Source: Planctomycetota bacterium (GTDB lineage Bacteria; Planctomycetota; B15-G4). From it: a DNA stretch of 64,000 nt. The position numbers and the translations under genes were made by a program. Each line of letters opens with the position of its first letter. Position 1 is the first letter of the stretch. The stretch lies in assembly GCA_038212275.1 (NCBI GenBank), contig JBBQUR010000002.1:32001-96000 (forward strand). Direction: 5' to 3'. Under the pieces are notes generated by a model, which saw only the letters and a program-made list of their open reading frames with translations, had not been told where the DNA came from and made no database searches. This document shows positions 59,029-64,000 of this stretch, in pieces.

Positions 59029-60789
59029 ATGCCCCGGCTGCTATGCCGGCTGGCCGCCATGCTGCTGCTGGCCGCCGCGCTCCCTGCCCAGTCGGCCACG
59101 ATCGCCCGCGCCGATGGCACCGGCGGCTACGAGCTCTGGTCGGCACTGCCGGGCGGCCCGGCCCAACTTCTCGGCGGCAGCGTGCACTTTCTGCCACTCG
59201 ACCTCGCGGGCGACACCTTTCGCGATCACCTGCGCCTCGACCTGCCGGTCGTCGCGGGGGCCGATTCGCCCGCGCCGCACATCCGCCTTCCCGGCGGCGG
59301 AAGCCTGTTCCTGATCGACGCCTCGGGCGCAACGGCGCTGCTGCGCATCGCCGCGGACGGTTCGCTCTCGGTGCCCTTCGCCGTCGCCGCGGGCGATTTG
59401 CAGCTTTCGCTGGCAGTCGCCTCCGACGGCAGCCGCGCGCTGCTCGCCACGACGCAGGCGGCCGGCGGTGACGTCGTGCTCGTCGACCTCGAGCCGAACG
59501 CTTCGGCGCCGCCGCTTGTGCTCACGGCCGCTCAGGCCCCGCTCGCCATCGACGCTTCCTCGCTGCGCACCTCCGCGGAGCGCTCCTTTTTTGTCGCCGG
59601 CAACGGGCTGTGGCGCGCGGACCTCACGGCCGTCGGCCCGGCCTCGCAGGCCCTGCCGGTCGCGTTGCCCGTCGGGCCAGGCGACACGCTGCTGCCCGAG
59701 ACAGTCCTCTCCGCCGACGGCCGCTCGCTCGCGCTGCTGAGCCGCGACCCGTCGACGCAGAGCCAGCTTCACGTCGTGACACCCTTCGGGGTGCCGGTGC
59801 TGCTGAATGCGGTGCCGGCTGCGATCGATGCGCCCGCGCTGCAAAGCCCGATCGGTCCGTTGCTGGCGCTCTCGCCCGACGGCACTCTCGCCGCCTGGCG
59901 CCAGACCATCGGCCCGAGCAAGGAGGTCTTCCTCCAGGCCGTGCCGCAACCAGGCCCTCCGCCGCCCGCCGCGACGCAACTCACGGCCGACACCTACTTC
60001 ATCGACACGCTCGACAGTGCGGGGATTCTCGGCTTCGTGAACAACGTCGTCCTGAGCTTCGTCGCGGGCGAGGCGGGCGGGCAGGCCGTGGGCGCCGCGG
60101 ATCTCTTCGTCGCGCAGCTTGGCGTGGGCGGCGGCGGTCCGGCGCTGCAGAACGCGACGCTCACCTCGGGCGTCAGCCTGCCTCCGTTCCTCGTGCCGGG
60201 TGACCTCGAGATCAGCGCCGCCATGCTCGATGCAACGAGCACGCGCATGCTGTTCATCGTGGATCCGCACGGCGGCGACGCGGCGCTCTTCTCGACCGCC
60301 GCGGATGGCAGCGGGACCCCCGCGATGCTGCTCCCGACACTCCAGCAGGACCCGGTGCTCGTGCGCGCGGGCCAGAGCGTGCTGGTGCAGTCCGTGCCCG
60401 AAGGCCCCGGCGTGCCCAAGACGCAGCTCCACCTGCTGCGGCCGGCGGGCGTCGCACCGCTGCTGCTCGGCACGCTGCCGGCCGGCACGCTGCTCGACCG
60501 CTTCACCGACAGCGCCGACGGCACGAGCGCGGCCTTCGTCGCGCACGCGGGGCCGCTCGCGCCCATGCTGCAGCTTCCCGTGCGCCTCGACACGAGCACG
60601 GGCGCGCTGCTCCCGGCGTGGAGCCAGCTCCTGCAGGTGTCTCCGCTCATGGCGCTGCCGCCGTCGGGCGCTCTCATCGCGGGCGTCGGAGCCGCCGGCG
60701 GCCCCTACCTCAGCGTCGCGTTCACCGGCTTCGAGCAGGGTTCGCTGCTGAAGGTGCCGATGGGCTTCACCTTCCCGCTGCCCTACTGA
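59029..60789 (+). CDS. Secreted TolB/propeller-like hypothetical protein
   Basis: Signal LPA-Q; repeated (L/V)SxDGxxxA motifs. Start 58993 or 59029. Confidence 0.72.
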   Translation: MPRLLCRLAAMLLLAAALPAQSATIARADGTGGYELWSALPGGPAQLLGGSVHFLPLDLAGDTFRDHLRLDLPVVAGADSPAPHIRLPGGGSLFLIDASGATALLRIAADGSLSVPFAVAAGDLQLSLAVASDGSRALLATTQAAGGDVVLVDLEPNASAPPLVLTAAQAPLAIDASSLRTSAERSFFVAGNGLWRADLTAVGPASQALPVALPVGPGDTLLPETVLSADGRSLALLSRDPSTQSQLHVVTPFGVPVLLNAVPAAIDAPALQSPIGPLLALSPDGTLAAWRQTIGPSKEVFLQAVPQPGPPPPAATQLTADTYFIDTLDSAGILGFVNNVVLSFVAGEAGGQAVGAADLFVAQLGVGGGGPALQNATLTSGVSLPPFLVPGDLEISAAMLDATSTRMLFIVDPHGGDAALFSTAADGSGTPAMLLPTLQQDPVLVRAGQSVLVQSVPEGPGVPKTQLHLLRPAGVAPLLLGTLPAGTLLDRFTDSADGTSAAFVAHAGPLAPMLQLPVRLDTSTGALLPAWSQLLQVSPLMALPPSGALIAGVGAAGGPYLSVAFTGFEQGSLLKVPMGFTFPLPY

Positions 60790-60799
60790 ACGCGCGGCG

Positions 60800-63700
60800 T
60801 CAGTCCGCGCTGTCGGGCGCGAGGCCGAGGCGAGCGAGCTTGGCATAGAGGCCGGCTCGGGAGATGCCCAGCAGCCTGGCGGCCTGATCCTTGCGGCCGC
60901 CCGCGGCGGTGAGCGCGCGCTGCACGGCCACGCGTTCGGCATCCTCCAGCTTGAGCGACGCGGACGTGCTGGCCGGCATCGCGTCGCTGCCGCCGTCCCC
61001 GACGCCGCGTCCCGCGTCGGCGGGCTCGCGCACGAGGGAGGGATCGTCGATCACGTCTCCGGACAGGAAGTAGAGACGCGAGACCTCGTTGGCCAGCTCG
61101 CGCACCTGGCCGGGCCACGCGCGCCGCGCGAGCGCACGCAGGACAGGCTCGCGCAGCGTGCGCGCCGTCCGGTGCTTGCCATTGAGCAGCGCCAGGAAGT
61201 GCGCCACCAGCAGAGGCAGGTCGTCGAGACGCTCGACCAGCGACGGCAGCCGGATCTCGGCTCCGTTGAGGCGGTAGTAGAGGTCTTCGCGGAAGGATCC
61301 CTCGCGCACGCGCGCCGGCAGGTCCCGGTGCGTCGCGGCGACGATGCGCACGTCCACGCGCACGTTGCGGCGACCGCCCACGGGCCGGTACTCGCCGGAC
61401 TCCAGCACGCGCAGCAGCTTGGCCTGCAGCTCGAGCGGCATGTCGCCGATCTCGTCCAGGAAGAAGGTGCCGCCGTCGGCCTCGGCGAAGAGGCCCGGTC
61501 GGTCGCGCTCCGCTCCGGTGAAGGCGCCGCGCACGTGACCGAAAAGCTCGCTCTCGAGCAGCGTGGGCGGCAGCGCCGCGACATTCTCGATGACCAGCGG
61601 CTTGTCCGCGCGCAGGCTTCGCGCGTGCAGCGCGCGCGCCACCAGGTCCTTGCCCGTGCCTGACGGCCCGGTCACCAGCACGGGCAGTTCCGTCGGGCCG
61701 AGGCGATCGATGAGCATGTAGACGCGCTGCATCGCTTCGCTGTCGCCCACCATGCCCGGCGCGGGCGAGACGCTGCCGCGCTGGCGCAGCAGGGTCCGCG
61801 CGGTGACGAGTTCCTGCTCCTGCACCTGCACGCGCGCGGCGAGGCGGGCATTGAGCGACTCGATCTCCGCACGCTGAGCGAGGAGCTCTTCGTGGCGCGC
61901 AGCCAGCTCGGCCGCGCCGGCCTGAAGCTCCGCACGCCGGCGCAGGTTGGCGATCGCAAGGCTGGCCTGGTCCGCGAGCCAGCCGGTGCGCTCCGCGTCG
62001 GTGTCGTCGAAGACCGATGCCTGCTGGTCGTTGTCGAGGTAGAGCGCGCCGGTCACGGGCCCGGGCAGGCGCAGTGGCACGCACAGCACCGAGCGCAGCC
62101 CGAAGGACTCGATGCTCTGCGTGCCGCGGAAGCGGCTGTCCGCGGCGGCGTCCGTGGTGACGACCGTGCGCCCCGACGAAACGGCATCGCGCACGACGGT
62201 GAGCGAGAAGCGCGCCTCTTCCTCCGGCATCGCGGCGCGGTCCATGCCGCGCGCGGCCTGCACGGAGACCGCGTCGCCTTCCAGCAGCACGAGCAGGCCG
62301 CGGCGCGCGCCTGTCAGTTCCAGCGCGCTGTCGACGATGCCAAGCAGGAGGCCGGCCAGGTCGTCCTCGGCCGCCATGCGACGGTTGCACGTGAGCAGCC
62401 AGGTGATGTCGAGCCCTGCGGGCGACTGGCCGGCGCGCGGCGTGTCAGTCGAGGTCCCGCTGTCCGGGCCTTCGGGAACACCGCACAGCAGGTGCGTCAT
62501 GCGCTCGAGTGCTGGCTGACGTGCGGCGGCGGGCAGCGTTTCGACCAGCGCGTCCGTGGCCTCGGCAGCGCGTGCCGACGCGCGGCGACGCGTCGACTTG
62601 TCGCCGGCCGCGTCCGCGACGTGCGCAAGTCGCTGCGCCACGACGCGCACGAGATCCGTGCGGCCCGCCTGCTCGAAACACGTGAGCAGCTCCTGCAGGG
62701 CCTCCGACGACAGCGACTGCCGCGCGGCGATGCGCCAGCGCAGCTCCGCCGCGCGCACCGGTGAACCGAGTTGATCCGCGGCTCCGCGCAACATCGTCAC
62801 CGCGTCGTCCGCGTCGGGCGACAGCGCCACGAGCAGCGCCGCCGCGCGGAACAGCTCGGCGACATCGCCGTGGTCCTGCGCGTGGCGGCAGGCTTCGCGC
62901 GCCGCAAGTCGCGCGCCGGGCAGCTCGCCGGCGCACGCGCGGACGAGCGCCGTGGCGCGCGCGCGAAGCGCCGCATGCTGGTCGCCGGGCGCCGACGACG
63001 CCGGCACCAGCGCGCCGGCCGCATCGACGTGGCGACCTGCGAGAGCGAGGGCCATCGCGCGGTGCAGCTCGAGCACGACCGCCTCGGGCGCGTAGGTGCT
63101 GCCGGTCAGCCGCGCGCGTGCGGTGTCCAGTTCCGACAGGGCCGCGCCCACCTGCCCCGCATCCAGCCGCAGCAGGGCAAGGCTTCCGAGCGTAGGCAGA
63201 ATGCCGTGCGTCTCGCCCGTGCGGCGCCTCAGGGCGAGCGCTTCCTGCAGTAGCGCCCGGGCGGCGGTGAGGTCGCCGAGATCGCGGTGCAGCACGCCGA
63301 GATTCTGCAGCGCGAGCGCGCGGCCGCTCACGTGACCCGCCGCGTCGAAGCTCGCTTCCGCACGCTGCAGGGCTGCGACGGCCTCGGCGCTGCGCCCGCG
63401 GCGCCGGTCGAGGATCGCGCGGTTCAGCTCGGTGCGCGCGCGCGCGAGCACGAGCGATGAGCCGCCCGCCTCGCACCGCCTCAACGCGTCCGAGAAGCAG
63501 GCCTCCGCCTCCGGCCAACGCTGCAGTCGTACGCACGCGACGCCCCGCAGGTTGAGCAGAGCCACGGCCGGACCGTCCGGGTCATCCTCGCGCGGCGCGT
63601 CCGCGATGATGTCGAGGCAGTCCTGGCTTCGACCTTCGAGCCACGCCGCGTAGCCCAGACCTCGCAGCGCATCGAGCTCCTGCGCGCGCCCTGCCGGCGC

Positions 63701-64000
63701 GTCGAGCACGCGCTGCAGCCAGACCCGCGCCTCGTCGCGGCGACCGGCCAGCTCCGCGGCCTCCGCCGCCGCGAGCAACTCGTCGGAGGCGGCGCCGGAC
63801 AGGTCGTCGCCGAAGCTGCGCTGCAGCTCCGCCAGCGCCTCGCGCGCGCGACCCTGGACGAGTTCGAGCCGCGCGGAGAGCAGCGCGAGGCGACGCGCCA
63901 CGGACGGCGAGGTCTCGGCGCGCGCGACGGCCTGCGCCAGCGAGCGCGCCATCGGCACGTGACCATCGGCGAGCTCGAGGTCGGCGCTGTCCAGCACCGC
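60800..64000 (-). CDS. Sigma54-dependent enhancer-binding protein: TPR - GAF - AAA+ - Fis HTH (5' end outside the window)
   Basis: [67 protein letters not shown]...GALYLD; TPRs upstream. Confidence 0.95.
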   Translation of the reverse strand, partial: AVLDSADLELADGHVPMARSLAQAVARAETSPSVARRLALLSARLELVQGRAREALAELQRSFGDDLSGAASDELLAAAEAAELAGRRDEARVWLQRVLDAPAGRAQELDALRGLGYAAWLEGRSQDCLDIIADAPREDDPDGPAVALLNLRGVACVRLQRWPEAEACFSDALRRCEAGGSSLVLARARTELNRAILDRRRGRSAEAVAALQRAEASFDAAGHVSGRALALQNLGVLHRDLGDLTAARALLQEALALRRRTGETHGILPTLGSLALLRLDAGQVGAALSELDTARARLTGSTYAPEAVVLELHRAMALALAGRHVDAAGALVPASSAPGDQHAALRARATALVRACAGELPGARLAAREACRHAQDHGDVAELFRAAALLVALSPDADDAVTMLRGAADQLGSPVRAAELRWRIAARQSLSSEALQELLTCFEQAGRTDLVRVVAQRLAHVADAAGDKSTRRRASARAAEATDALVETLPAAARQPALERMTHLLCGVPEGPDSGTSTDTPRAGQSPAGLDITWLLTCNRRMAAEDDLAGLLLGIVDSALELTGARRGLLVLLEGDAVSVQAARGMDRAAMPEEEARFSLTVVRDAVSSGRTVVTTDAAADSRFRGTQSIESFGLRSVLCVPLRLPGPVTGALYLDNDQQASVFDDTDAERTGWLADQASLAIANLRRRAELQAGAAELAARHEELLAQRAEIESLNARLAARVQVQEQELVTARTLLRQRGSVSPAPGMVGDSEAMQRVYMLIDRLGPTELPVLVTGPSGTGKDLVARALHARSLRADKPLVIENVAALPPTLLESELFGHVRGAFTGAERDRPGLFAEADGGTFFLDEIGDMPLELQAKLLRVLESGEYRPVGGRRNVRVDVRIVAATHRDLPARVREGSFREDLYYRLNGAEIRLPSLVERLDDLPLLVAHFLALLNGKHRTARTLREPVLRALARRAWPGQVRELANEVSRLYFLSGDVIDDPSLVREPADAGRGVGDGGSDAMPASTSASLKLEDAERVAVQRALTAAGGRKDQAARLLGISRAGLYAKLARLGLAPDSAD

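Overview
Very GC-rich bacterial DNA with about 45 genes and no rRNA, tRNA, CRISPR array, integrase or transposase that I can see. The gene content suggests a Planctomycetota-like lineage (inference only). Housekeeping genes (truB, glgP, aspartate kinase, a DapA-family gene, an OPT transporter, an OmpR/HK pair) are interspersed with many secreted proteins. Main observations: (1) four copies of a ~215-270 nt structured element with compensatory base changes, arranged as two inverted pairs filling the gaps between convergent genes (12.9-13.6 kb, 23.6-24.5 kb); (2) eight unrelated secreted proteins share a ~120-aa C-terminal module, a candidate sorting or anchoring domain; (3) three paralogous atypical ECF-sigma-like genes (sigma2-only, TPR-extended, plain) surround an almost cargo-less carrier of that module, with two DnaA-box matches between the first two paralogs; (4) two in-frame TGA codons missed by the ORF track: a selenocysteine peroxiredoxin and a decayed thioredoxin-like C-T-U gene; (5) three sigma54 promoter motifs beside a TPR-GAF enhancer-binding protein; (6) active-plus-degenerate enzyme pairs (M14 peptidases, kinase-like proteins). 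Family assignments come from motif recognition by eye; no database search was run.
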